This document shows positions 1-14,232 of a stretch of DNA of 64,000 bases, piece by piece. The notes beneath the pieces are model-generated. The model saw only the letters and a list, made by a program, of their open reading frames with translations, was not told where the DNA came from and did no database searches. The DNA comes from Fimbriosthenelais zetlandica (Eukaryota): the NCBI GenBank assembly GCA_977030845.1, contig OZ365115.1, forward strand, positions 10,168,001-10,232,000. The letters run 5' to 3'. Position 1 is the stretch's first letter; each line of letters begins with the position of its first letter. A program made the position numbers and the translations under genes.

Positions 1-130
1 ATGTATGATGCTGTGGGTGTCTGGATGGATGCGCGGATGAGGTGGGTGGTTGGGCATGGATGCCCACATGGGTGGATGGATGTGTCGATGGCGGAAAAAA
101 TAACATTTGGATGATCATAGGGATCAATGG
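1..130. repeat. Degenerate (GGAT/GGGT)n simple repeat
   Basis: Recurrent tggatg/ggtgg units; the 42..272 ORF is a by-product of the repeat. Confidence 0.5.
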
Positions 131-3100
131 ATTGATGGGAGGGAACAGAAAGAGAAGTGATTTAATCAAACATATTGATATGCCTATAATCCCACATTAT
201 ATTTTTGATTTGTATGTCTGTATACATATACCCTCACACTTTATAAACTCTGTCAATGAGATTAATTGTTGAAATTAAACGAAGGGTCTAATTGATCGTC
301 ATTATAAAGCTATCAGGAAGTCATGTATAGTTGCTCAAACACAATTGGAAGAAAACTAGCCTCAGTCATGGGTGGTCGTGGTTAAAGCAGCTAAAGGCTG
401 TAAATATACTGCTTTTTGTGACCTTCTTTGTCCTTAGCACAAAGAATTGCATGCTCGATATTTCCCCACACGTTCAAAGCCCCTCATTAAGTGTTGGATC
501 TATGGGCGTGCTGATGAAAGGATCCAAGGAGTAAAAAGCATCTTTTTTGTGCACCTTTTCTCTGGCGTTCACTGAATGGAGTTGTATAGGGGAAATCTCC
601 AAGTTCAGTTGAATTGAATTATACGTTAAAGATTATTGCTTTAAAGTAAATAATGACATGGCGAGAACAAGGGCAATGTTTGATTGATGGATTGAGGAAA
701 CTTGGGAACTTTTGGAAACGGAATTAATGCAATTTTAATCTGTAATGTTTGGATTGTTATTTAGTAATAATGGTAATTGTCTGTGATTTGTTCATCTTTG
801 TTTAGTGGCCAGGATCTCGTACTTTGAGCACACATCATTCCTACCTCATCCTCTCATGTATTATGAGTGCATTCAGGGTTCACGCGAGGCTTGAGTATAA
901 TAAAGTCACTCTCGGTCAGTTTAGTAATATGTTTACTGGACTCTTTATGTCCGCCTTTACCCACAACAAACAAACGTGCAACTTTGATATAGAGGGCACG
1001 TGGGTGGACCACAGAGACGGGGGAGGGTGTATAGATCTGCTATAGGAAATAATAATCCCCAAGACTATGGTTTGAGTATTACAATTATGATAGACTCTGA
1101 GAAACCGGTCCGAGAGAGGTGCATGACGAATGTTCATTAACTGTTTGACCACATGTAAATGTATTAGTTAGGCTTGTCATAAAATCTGCTGCAATTTGCA
1201 GGTATGGGGTTCACTTCTTCCCTGGCCCCTCACATTCCATGCATTCTTCCACCATTTCGTGACCACTAATCAAGTCATGCCTGTTCTGACAGGCCCGGAT
1301 TTGGTGCTATATATGGGCCCCTTTAAGAGTCCGAGATATTGAGCTATTTGTTTCATTGCCTTGTGGCCGACAAACTTTTTGCCGAGAATATACATGTGTT
1401 GGATTGCAACTGTCTGTTTTCTGTTAAAGGGGCCAACATTTATTAAACATCAAGCACAAACAAGGTATCTGATCACTCTAATGTCTATAGATATTACTTA
1501 TTAGATGGGTAAAAATCCGTCCAATGTAATACCACCTTGGTGGGCCACCATGTTGGGGTTATAGCATGCAGCGAGGGGCTGTAAAGTATGTATTTAGACT
1601 GTCTGCCATGCTTCCCTTCTCTACCAAGTGACCCCATGTCCTAATTGCAGAGATCACCTTGTTTACATGGACTAATTCTGTCCCCAAAACCAGCCCTGCT
1701 AGATGTGTATCACAAAATACAGCCATCAAGGTGCCCTCTGTGTTGTCGAGAGATTTATGGATCTGAAGGCTTTGAGTTGGTTCTTAATTGCTGAAATTTT
1801 TCAATGTGTACTTGCACAGTGCCTTACTGGATTACTCTGAACATTGTCTCACGAAAACTTTCTCAGTTCTTCTGGAACTATGTTCGAAATGACATTAAAC
1901 ATACATTGTAGGTTCAAGGCTTTCTTCGAAGACGTTGATCTGCTGAATGGCGGATCAATGTTCACGAAATAATTTGTTTAGACAGAGTCCCGTAGAACCT
2001 TTGTTCTGAAGTGGAGAAATATTGTGTTGATGTGTGAACGAGTGACAATAAGTGGTGATGTTAACAAGAACATTTACTTAGCCACAAACCTTGTGCGTAT
2101 TTGGCTCTGGAATGTAACTGTCACATCTGTCACATTGGTGACACATTACTGTCTCTTATGCCGCTTCCTGATCCGATAAGGTCAAATGTACTTCACTAGA
2201 TCTAGTTTACAAACATGTGCAGGTCCTTCCTGGAATCTCCACCACAAACACTTGCATGCCTAACTTTATACTTGGGGGTTTCCACCTCATATACTATTAA
2301 GCAATTATCCTACAAGTGACTACTAATACTCATATCCTGTTATTCCTATTACTATAGGATCCTGTAGTGGATTGTTCAGGCTTGACAGTTAAAAGGGTCT
2401 GACATTATATTTCCGGAAGGAGGGTATCACTTGTTTATTATATTTTTACCTGACTATCTTTTCCTGTTTTAATAAGCTCAAGCTATACAATTAGCAATAT
2501 TAAACATGGACCTGGAGAAAGGTAACATGCCTGACTAAATATAGATTTGAAATGAGCTTAGAGAACATTCCACCCCTTCATCCCACCTTTGATTCCCTTT
2601 ACTCAGGGCCTTTGTCGGGTGGAGTCAATGAGGTACGAAATGTTTAAGCTAACACAGGGGGCAGGCTGAACAAAGGTTGAGAACAAATCACTGCCAATGT
2701 TTACCTTGGATGGAACCACAAAGCCAAGAAGTTACAAAGCTCTTTACACATAGATTTCACGTGACCACGCCACTCAGAGCTTAGTGCTTGAGCATCTTTA
2801 ACTACATGGAGGTATATACATTGTATACCTCTAGACGAATTGTTGCCTAATCTCTAAGCTCAAAATTAAACCAAGTTGAATAATGCTGGTCTCAAAGATC
2901 AAAAGATTAATTATTATATAAAATCTATAGTGATTTAGTCTGATATCTTGCAGAATAAATGGAAAATATTGATATTTTCATTGAAAAAAATGAAAATGTA
3001 AAGGAATCCCACACAGAAGTATTTCGTTCTATGTACAGGAATAATAATATGCATGATGTAGTAAATGATATCAAAGTCATATTCTGATCAAAATTACTCT

Positions 3101-4799
3101 CAATATTCTCGAACCATTTCATGCGAAAGAGGACTGGAAAAAACGTGCGTGAATTCATTCTCATAGACTTACACCTAAGCATAACATACTAAAGGTATTA
3201 TATTAAAAAGGTAAATATCATATAGATGACCATCTCCATTAACTGATGCCACTCGACATCTTTGCACTTAATGCAACCTCAGGTATCATTCATTCAATGC
3301 ACTCAGCCAAGAAAAGCTGAAAATTCTGCCTGGTATTTTCATAATTGGTGACATCATTTTTGTGACAGCCATATAGGATATGGCGCATATTGAATGTTAC
3401 AGCTTGGCGTGAAACATGGACTTCCCTTCATACCTGACTTGTTCTTGTACAGGGAATTTGCCAAAAGAGCAGCTAGAAGAAGAATGAAACTTATATATGT
3501 ACATGCCGGATGTGAGAGGGGCAGAATGGTCACATGGAAGGGTTGCATGTGAAGGTTATATTAGGAAGAGAGTGTGAGTAGGGGTGGGATAGGCGTGAGG
3601 GCATTTGCCTCACATGGATTATGGCAATTAGGAAAGTAAGGCGCCTTGAGGAACAATACTGAGATATCTTTACACATATTTCTGTGTAATTTTGATGTAG
3701 CAAGCAATAGACTTCTTTTTTTGTACGGGATAATGTTATGTTCCCGAGGGGCAATGGCGAAATGACTCGTGATAAATTTACATGTCAAAGGTATTGTGCA
3801 TTGCATGTCCCTTGGGAATTCACGAGGAGTGCCATACATCAAACCCAGCTTTTGTTGGTGTACACCAAGGTGTTCTTATATTTCTCTATGTCCTACCTTA
3901 AACATGGCCAATCAATTTTAAACGCATGATTGTGGAACAAAGATGGAACGTATAACATATTTCTACAACCCTGTCATGGGACTCTTCAAGTTAATCCCTT
4001 CATCAATACAAGATAGTCCATGACATTGTAGTACATATGTCAAGTATTTCAATTTCCTAACGCACTTAATCTGTTTAAAAATTGAATTCCTTAATTATAT
4101 CGATATCTCTATGAAGAGTAAACTAGTATTATTAATTTTTAAAATCCTATGTCTAATAAAGGTAGGCATGCTATTCCAAAAGGGGTGTCACAAGTGTGAA
4201 CTGATATTAGTATCGATATGCCTAAGGCTAAACCGTGAACCATGTCTTGCCATTCTCCGAGGAATGCATTGAAAAACCTTTTCTACTTTCTAATCCATCA
4301 CTGTCACATATTGCCATTGTGATCAGGATATTTCCTGTCACCGTGTTCATGTAACTCTGGGGATGTGCATGCAGAAATCTTTCATAGTCTGCCATAAGCT
4401 TCCCAAACCCTGAATGATCACAAGACTGCAGCAAATAGTTCCACAACTGGCTGAATGTGGTCATGCACAATCTAAGAGAATGGGGTTAACATACAACTAA
4501 AAACCTCAATGAACAAATACGTCATCAGATGGGGTGAAGGCTAGCAGTCAATTTGTACAGGAAGCTTCGTATCTGGTCTTTTAATTGTCCTTTCGGAAGT
4601 TTCCATTGCTGTACCTTCCTTTCCAGAGGGCAGAATAGATAGACTCTTTTTTTCGTTGCCTTTAATTGTGCAGCTGCAGTGTGAAGTGTTGACTAATTGC
4701 AGCCAGGCATAAGAAATTTGACACCTGTAAGGTTTTTTGTCTGTGAATGCTTGTACAGTTCTATGCTTGACCTAAACTATTAATTTTCGTCATTCACAG

Positions 4800-7700
4800 G
4801 AGCTGAGCACGTGCCAGAACGCTGCCTACTGGACGATGATCAAACTACAGTAGAGCTGGAGACATGTTTAGAAAAAGGCGAAGAGTTCATAGAGAGTCTA
4901 CTAGATCAAATCAAAACAGGCAACGGCCGTAGACGACAGAACTACGATGTCTGCCTGTAAGATGACTTCTCATTGTCTCTATTAAAATGACCCTAATTTT
5001 CAGCTATTCTCCATTTCATTTATACCTTATTTCACCGTTTGAAATAAATCTTTGAAGTTTTATGTTATTTTTTTTCAGGAGTTTCTCCTACTTTAAGGAT
5101 TGTATAGAGCCTATACTGCACACCTGTTCTGAAGTGAGGCATAAACTGAAGGACAACTGGAAACTCATTTATGACGTTCTAAACTGTGCCTGCAATGGTA
5201 CAGCAAGTAAGTACAATCCACGTATTGTTCAGATAACAATGAGAAGAGTGGCAAATGTAAAGAAATGAGAACTATAGGCGATCAGTAAGAAAAAACATGA
5301 ACATCAACGGTGACGCCTACATTGTCTTATGTGGTGAAAACAATGTATTGCTACAATGGGTGACTATATGAAATTGACATTATAATTGAACACGAATGAT
5401 GGCTTTATGACATTTGATCCTTAGAAAAAACTTTTCTGGCATATTTGTTAACATGACATTCTGTTTTGTCCTTGTAGGTTGCAAGAACAGCTTGGACTGC
5501 TTTGTGGAGCAATTTAAGAGTACTTTGGGAAGGCAGTGCGATGCTGTCTATCGCTTCAATGCCAAGCAAGGAACTAATGATCGATGCCAGTAAGTGAATC
5601 ATAGTCTCATCCAAAAAGTCATTAGTCCCAACTTCCTTTTAAAAGGCTAGACTGTCTCTTTTTACAGATTAATTTCTTTTCACAAAGCCATAGTGTTTCA
5701 AAGCGTTTCTTTCTTTTATATGGAATGCTTTCCCTCGGGAATCTATTACCAAATCCATCATTATCTTCGCTACATATATACACCAGCATTCCTGTGGTTT
5801 TCTTGTACCTTACAGCCAATGGCTGAACCCTCATTTGGAAGCTTTCAGACATGAATACATAGAGAAAACAAGAGTAGAACGAGAGCTTGGTCGATGAGGA
5901 GGGGATCTCCCTCCCCCCTCTGTACTGACCGCTGCTTCAGATCCTCCTTTGTGCTCTGTGCCTGGATTCTTGATCCTTTGTAGCGTACCATAGAGGAAAA
6001 TGAGATGTTTGAAGAGTTAATGCATGGTAGGAACAGTGGTCCAATGCTACAATGCTTGGCTACCGTTCTAGCATGCCAAGAATGTCGTAAACACCAATAT
6101 TTTGGAGATCGCTGTTGTCGCGACCTTTTCAATGAAGCCAGGAAGGGTCACAATGGCATACCTCTCACTTATTCTACCTTTGCCCTGCTTAATTTACATG
6201 TTTGATTCTTATCAAAATAGTTTCTGGCTTAAGACCAAATATAATCTGCTTTTCAACCTTAAAAAGGTTTCTAGTCTGGGGAACTGACACGTGTGATTCG
6301 TGTAATACACGAAAGTTAATTTTAGTTCTTGAAGTTATTACCTGATCCATTGCTTTGAATTTGGCAAACCACCCAGATGGTCCCACCGCACTGATCTGGT
6401 CCTCACGCTAGGAGACTGCAAAGATCAAAGAAAGGATCTAAGTTACCGCTCGGCATGAGATGTGTCAACCTTTCCTTTTTTCTCTAAGAGTCATGCTGAC
6501 AAAATATGGAGTCAAAAGTGGTCTTCTAAAGTACCAGTCGGCGTCCAGGAGAGTGGTGTTTGATCAGAGACTGTGGGGAGGTAATACAGGTATTGTGCTG
6601 GTTATTGAACATAAATCATGATCAGATATGATGTAATATGTATGTCTTACATCAGACAGCGTGTTATGAGAGAATTCAGAAATATGAGCTTGACAGATTT
6701 AGGGAAAAATTGTACTGTGATATACCTCCCTTTCCACTTAAGATATGCCCTGCACATTCAGGGAAATCTATGTTCAGATTTGACTTGATTACTTTCCAAG
6801 TTTGGCTGTTAATTAGCTATGAATTACCACCTGAAAGTTTATTTTTTTAATCAGGAAAATTGCCTGGAACTAAGCCTGGAGTATAGGAACAAGTGTAGAG
6901 GATAAGAATTACATGTGTTCCTCTTTATCATTTTTTCCTGTCACCCTGGGGTAGTCTCTTGATGTTCTAACCACTGATGGCCTGGAGGACCAGGTGATGC
7001 ATGGCAGGACTGGAGTAAGCAGCCAGGGGTGAGGTCAGTCAGTAGAATAGGTAGGATCAAAGATGCCTCTCCTAACCTCCTGACCTCCTTAATGACGACC
7101 TTTTGACCTTGGCCCGGTCACGTGCTGCCACCTGTCTTGGCACGCGAGGGCCATTGACAATCTGTAACAAAAAATAGACAATGACTGTCAGCGAGGTTGT
7201 ATACAACTTGTACGTAGCTGGTGCCATTTCCACCCAAACTTAAATAGATCTAAACAGGAGTCGTACATGCTATGTTACAATTGAATTGCACAGTGTCGCG
7301 CCAACCTCTGATAATTATATACCAGACATGCAGGGTGAGCTATTGAATAGAGAAATATTGTTGGCAAAAACTTGATCTGGGAGGAGTTCTGAGAGAAAAG
7401 GGAGAGCCCTGAAAAAACAGTGTTCTGTCTGGAGGTGATACAGCGATTACCTTCCAATAACGGCCATTTTTGTACGGTGGTAATGTTGCCCTGAGCTTCG
7501 GAGAACGTTCAGTGACATTTTGCGTCTCATTGCTTGGTGTCAGTGCCCACTCAGTGACCTGGCTACCGGGTTAATCTTTTTAACTTTGGGCCTTTCTTTT
7601 TACCTCTCTTTCCCATCCAGAAGCCTACGGCAATGTGGGCCTCTTTGAGCCTAAAGCAATGTCCTGAACCATCTTTTTACTTCGTCCCCCTAAGTTATTT

Positions 7701-10546
7701 ATCTTTGATGTTATTCGCAATGCAAGCCTTCGTTAAGGTGAACTTTCTTTTCGTCCTTCATATATGATGTCGCTGAACTGTAGTTAAGCATTTGGTTGGC
7801 AAAAATAGTAGACTTTTTGGAGGCAAGGTTGAAAGGACACACGTGAATGTTATGTTAAATGATGCTTGAATACATGTATTTATGATTCACGGACCCCTAC
7901 TGTCCAATCTCGTAGGAGGTCAATACATCTTTTTCCCTGGGATCACTCATATAGCATACAGATACCATAGTTTAGGATATAATTATTTTACTCATGTGAT
8001 TATCATTGGCTAGGTGTATAGTTCATATTTTCGTCATTGATATTTTTGCTTTGGCATTCCATCAAAATTTGGGTAAAGAATATATTTTAGCACATTAGGC
8101 AGTCATCATCAATTTGCGTAGTTAGGAAGCACTTCTGTTCCTCCTTTGGCTCATCACATCATTCAAAAACAAGGAGTTTAAGCAGTAATTAACACCGGAT
8201 ATAAAAAGTAATGAGCCTTGGATAAAAATTGACCCAAATTCGAGGCCTTAATTGTATGTTTGTTACCAGGAATCGACTCATTAACCGTCAGAAAGGAAAT
8301 CATTGAAGGAGGAATAACAGAAGCACATAATATAATGTTCTATTTTCATTTGGTTATTTTTCTAGTCACCCTCATATGGAAGAATAATGCTACATAGTGG
8401 TCTCTTGAGTTCCCAATGTATTTTGCTTTGATGACTTCCTTGCCTCTCCCTTATCCTCGACAAATAACTCTATCGAGTCTTCAGTCCAAAAGGCACTCTG
8501 TATACACTATGTATTGAAAATCCCTATTGTCCCAACATATATACTCATATGTTGCCAACAGGAGGTAAAAACTTGTCTTGAAAGTGAAGTGAAAAAAAAA
8601 AAAACCGGTGTTGCCTCAGCACATGCCTGAGGGATATTTACCTCTGTCTATGATGGATTAAGGTTTGACAATTCGTTCTTGTTTTCAGTTTCCTTTATGA
8701 GAACGTTCGATGTAAGGAAGCCTTGGTGGAATCTGCATGCAGTCCGGAAGCTGGCGTCTTTGCCTTCCACGTCGCAAAAGTTGCTAACCGGATGCACATC
8801 AGAAAACATCGATGTATCATCACAAGGGACCGTGAATATCATGGTAAGAACAGGAAGTGCATCAGCAGTTGGTGATCTGTAGACATAGTTAATTATTGTT
8901 AGGTCAGTAAGAGTAAATGATTCATTCCTTTTCCCAGTCTGCCGAACTATGCAATGAATGGCATCAAACATATAGATGTTTCCAGTTTCATTACCATTCA
9001 ACGAATAGTGATGTTATGTTTTGCAGGACCATTTCCCTTCAAAATCTTTTTTATTGGGGACATTTTGTTTACACCATTCCACCATTCGGCGTTTCTTCTG
9101 GCCGTAATGTTGTTTTGTATGGCCATATCTCAGTGACTTTTCATTGATTCCAATGCAATAATATTTTAATGAGATACCGTAACTCATGTTTCAGGGTTCA
9201 GATACGATGAGCGGTGTCCAGCTAACCTGACTGCCGTGCTCGATGTTTGTGAGGAAGAACACCTCAGCACCAAAATCAAGTTCAGACGAGACTTTGACCT
9301 CATCACTAATAGTGGCAAAAAGGGCCTCAGACGGGCATGCAAGTAAGAATATTTCCACATAAATTGAAAAATCAGCTCTCTCCTCTCTTCTCTCTCCTTC
9401 CTCTGCCACTGCTTTCTCCCTCTCCCTCTTTGTCTCTGTTCCTTGTTCCTCTCTGCCAATGTACCTGTAGTATACATTAAATTAATTTAAGTTATAATTT
9501 GTCATTTTAAGGGAATATTCTGACTATGAGGCATGTGTACGCCCGCTGAATGAGGCGTGTGGTCATGGTGTGACCAAGGTCTATGACTATGTTGGTGAAC
9601 TGCGCAGATACCTCCTCAAACTACAGTACATCTGTAATGATGGCAAAACTGGTAAGACATTTTTGCTATTTCTTTGCTACGTCCATTTGGACTTGTGAAC
9701 TCTGTGATACCCAATTGCACAATGTATGTGAACTCCTCGGTGACACAGCAATAATTTATTCAGTTTCCAGGACATGAGACGTTGCATCTACTTATATATT
9801 TTAAATGACCTGCTGAAATTGTTCAATTGATCCCTCCTATGGTTATATTGCGCGATACATAATGTAATAGAATTATAATGTTTTAACGTTTTATGTTTAG
9901 GGTACATGACTAATCTGAAGTGTTATCGGGACCTGTTAGATAGTGACACCTTGGCACAATGTAACCATGTTTGGTTGAAGCTCTCGCCCATGCTGAACGA
10001 ACTCAATGCTCATGGCTTCTATTGCCTCCCAGAGTCCAATAAAACCAAACTTGTCCAAGAGTAAGTACTGGGATTTTGCCTTCTTGAGGACTGAAACTAG
10101 CCTTAAACGTGTATGCTTCATACTGATAATATTTTCGTTTCCTTTTCAGAACTTTGGTGGAGATAAGGACATGTTATAAGAATGTTTTTGACGAATCTTG
10201 TGGGGATGGTGGCGAAGTGATTGGCAAGCTCATGGCTAAAGTCTTCAGCGACCCTGTCTATCTTCGTTACCGCTTTCGTCCAGACTGCAATTTGCATTCT
10301 GCCAGACCTTTTGCAACAAGTGGTCCAACTTTGTCAACAGAAAAATCTTTTATTACGTCAAAGCCTTCCAAGCCAGGTAGAAATAAACAAAATAGAAATA
10401 AAAATAATCAACAAAATCAAGGAAAGGATCCTACGAGTAGTGCAAGCGAGGTACGGGGTGGGCAAGCAAGATGTTCATCCTCCCTAACCTCTTTGACTTT
10501 TTCATTGATATTGACATTGACACTTTGGAGACATTTGAAAAGCTAA
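4800..10546 (+). CDS. GPI-anchored cysteine-rich surface protein with two tandem DUF19/DUF1397-like domains (5' partial)
   Basis: Phase-compatible GT-AG exons 4800-4956, 5079-5206, 5478-5589, 8689-8843, 9195-9342, 9512-9651, 9901-10060 and 10150-10546 give one open frame. Domain 1 runs AEHVPERC...DCIEPILHTC...LDCF...CKEALVESACSPEAG. Domain 2 runs RYDERC...ACVRPLNEAC...YMTNLKCY...CYKNVFDESCGDGG. A polar linker and a hydrophobic C-terminus follow (SSSLTSLTFSLILTLTLWRHLKS). The family label is by resemblance only. Confidence 0.75.
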
Positions 10547-13500
10547 TCTCACATTTTTGTACTTAAGAGTGTGTGTACTTATGAGTGTCTGTCTTCAACC
10601 CTCTGGGAGTGAACTGTAACCTGTCCGTGCCTTTTCATTTACTGTTAATTCTAGGTTTAGCAATCCTAGAAATGCGGTGCATGGTAGGATGTACCATGTT
10701 GTAACAGCAGCTGACTGTTAGCTATGCACATTTGTTGAATTGGGACAAGCTCGGGGCAATATATAGGTGCTAATTTATTGGGTCTTCACTGGCCCCTTTG
10801 CAAATGGGGTGCAGTTTCTTGAGCAAAAACCAGTCGGGGTTATAGGCCTACGAGCATCGCATTGCTTATTTTGGAGCAAAGGGCCAATGGATTTGTTGAG
10901 ATGTATTTGGATCCCTCCAAACTACGATTGTGACATGAGAAAAAACAACTGCTGGATAATTTCCCTGATATTAAGGAGTGCCAGAAATGGCTGCCAGGAG
11001 ATGGTGGTTTGGATGGGTTTATCGATGACGAAAGATGCTTCGGAAGCAGCGAGGTATTTGTACAGTGCACAAAGTCTGAGGACCTGTACAAAAGTCTCAG
11101 CACATGTACAAAGATCTGACGAACTGTACCAAGTCGAGTGGGATGACAGCAAATGTTCAGGAGAGACAAACACTGCACCAGATGACAGCACAGTCAGGTG
11201 CAACTCCCCGACAGATGCAGACATACAGTGGTGACTCCTGATGGATGTTAGCAGAACCTTATTGCTATGCTCTAATGGCTTTAGAACTGCCAGAGAACTC
11301 ATAGATGGGCATTATAAGACTGCAGGAAGATGACATGCGTTTCTTGTCCAAGACAAGCCCGCGAACTGGGGTATAATTATGGGACCAAACAGTTCACGTG
11401 AAAGGAAATGGAACATTTATTGTGAGAAGAAAGCTCAGGATTTTCTTTATGTGAAATGAGAGGTGTGTTGTTGTTGTTTCTTGATATGAGATGAAACACG
11501 AAGGACACACCTTTTTATATATATTTCATTAACGTGAATTCATTATCGAATCCATCATTGTAATATATGGATTGTGGACAGTGTATGTTAAAGGGCCAAA
11601 ATATTTTGCTGACTATTTTTAATTGGAATTCGAGTCATGGAATTCGATGAAGCCTACAGTGTAGCAAAGGAAGTTAGTTGAGATCGTGGGTCCTAGAAGA
11701 CTTCATGTATATGTGGCAGGTCACATTAGAAGATTTCTATGTTGACTTAAAATGATTGTGATATTCTTGTGTTCATTAAAATGGATAGATAAAAAAGGAG
11801 AATGATTGTCAACCGACACATCCTCGGGACTGTGTAAATAATTTATTGCCATATAGATTATCAGAGATCATATTATTATTGACATTACATTGACATCACA
11901 TTTATGAAAGTTGTGTCACTAGATTCTGACATGGATTTGCTATATTCTGGTACTTGTTTCATCGATTCATTTTCCTCATTAACCATCATTACAATTCTCC
12001 CTCATTGGTACATGTGTATATTTAAGCTTCTTTTTTTTTCACTCCAAACATTTTCGTTGTCTTACCAATACAGGGGGACAGTACACATGATACTTTGGCA
12101 TAGATTTGTACATTTGCAAAAATATAACATATAACTTTCACAAAGATTAAGATGGATATTATTTTGATGTAGATGTATCCGATTCTGAAGAAGAAAATGT
12201 AGTTCCAGTTGTACTCTTCTATCTGAAATTCTCCAATTTGGCGACCGGTCACACACAGTTTATTATCTGTAGTTTAATGAGTGGAGAAATGATTGAGATG
12301 TAACAATATCCACAATTATACCAATTTTATTGTCCTCAGTAGGCATTGAAATTATAACGATTGGAACTGTTGACTTGAAATTAACCCCTTCAGTTGATTT
12401 TCCTGACATCTTCTTTCTCCATATATGTGTAGGATCTGATATTCTTTTCAGAGCCTATATATATACAAATTTGTGTATATTTGCAAGCTGTACCCATCGT
12501 TTATGCTGTACATACGTAGTCCATTGAATGGATGCAGTGGAATAGTCTATATATTTAAGCTTAATGGTTAATAGTTTTCTTTTGTTAAACCTAAGAAATT
12601 AATTATAGACTTGTAAAAATATATTGTTTTGAGATTTCTGATAGAAATCATACTTATAAACATTGCAAAACCCAAAGTCAGAATAATGATATGCTAAGCA
12701 TATAATTACATGAACAATGCAAGGTTACTAACTAAACAGTTAGCCCATAAGTCAGTGGTACCGGGAGAATCGATATTAGCACCTCACATTACCTGTAGAT
12801 GGGTTATAATTATATTATTTAGCCTCATATTAATTAAATTCCCAAAACAACAAGCCAATATTAACCCAAATTAACACAACTTTTTTTTTAAACTATATTT
12901 TGGGGTGGTAAACCTCAAGGATCTTTCATCTTCCTGCTATAATACCCTTCTCCCTGTTACCCTACTACATATTTCTCCTAAATTAAACTTCCTATAATCC
13001 AGAGTGGATTGAAATACCCTTGAAGGACTTCTTTAATTAATAACATTCTAGTCATAAAAATCCATGCTTGTAGCAGTTATAACTTTAGCTCAGCAACAGA
13101 ACCGAGAAACATGACCTCAATTGTTTACCGTGATTTCATGGTCGTAATACCGGTGTTCACATGGTTTTCGTGACCTCCAATCGTTGTGAATGATATTTAA
13201 TAATTGGGGAATTCATGATGATCATAAATTGGGCTGCTTTCTTCCTTATTGGACTGTTGTTATAGGCCTGATCAGAGAGACTTCAAGGCTAGCCTCTCTG
13301 GCCTGATAGAGGTACTGTTCAGGAAATGTAGTATTTTCAGTTGTCATCTTGTTATATAAGAAGATTGGGTATCTCAAGGACCGGCGCACTCAACTATTAC
13401 TACCCATGATTAAAAAGCTAGAATCAGATAGTGAATCAGATATGAAAGTAATATCCTGTAATTACTATAGCGACACCACTTGATACACGTGTGATATAGA

Positions 13501-14232
13501 ACTTATAGTTATTTCTATTCATCTAGAAAGCACAAAGCCTTATAAGATATAATATCTATATATCTATGGCAACATGTCGAGCATGTCTAAAACCTTTAAG
13601 AATATATGTAGATCTACATGCGAGATTCTCTGACCTACTTATGTGGCATTTCGTTGATAGTGCCTCAGTGACTACTAAAATTACTTGATTTAACAAACAA
13701 CTGATAAATGGAGATCATTTTTAATGCATATGATTTGGGGAACGCATTGTATATTATCAACATGAAATAAATTATTTTTCTATCCAACCATGTCATTTCT
13801 TTTTCTCAAATCATAAATAGTAAAATTGGGTCGCCTATATTATAACCCGAGGACCCCACCACCCCCAACCTTTCGTCTCAGAGACTATTATATACCCCCA
13901 AACCCCCTCCCCTTTCCATAATCAGGGATCCACTCCTGTGAAGATTTTCACATATAATAACAAAAAATGGAAACATTATTCAGCGATTTTAATTTTACTT
14001 CATGCAGCCAGGAATGCTCCATTAAATATTTAACACTCTCGATTATGAATAAACATATACCATGATACCAGCTCTGTTAAAATAATCAGTTACAATATTA
14101 AAATGTTAGATACGTATCTATTGAGCATTACTTCAAAGATGTCATTCAGTACCTAATCATCCCTAAAGGGATGTTACATCAACATTAATATCATTAGTAA
14201 GTCGATCATCCTAAATTTGTTCAATATCTGTT

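Noticed and set aside
4111-4161. MKSKLVLLIFKILCLIK with an AAG|gtaggc donor as the signal exon of the Cys-rich gene
   Set aside because: The donor is phase 0 but the exon at 4800 needs phase 1; joining them hits a stop.
1750-4720. Scattered protein-like short ORFs on both strands (e.g. 4228..4470, 3561..3842, 2925..3182)
   Set aside because: No recognisable motif and no consistent exon chain.
5405-5614. Minus-strand ORFs 5405..5614, 8648..9001 and 9184..9477
   Set aside because: They are antisense shadows of real plus-strand exons.
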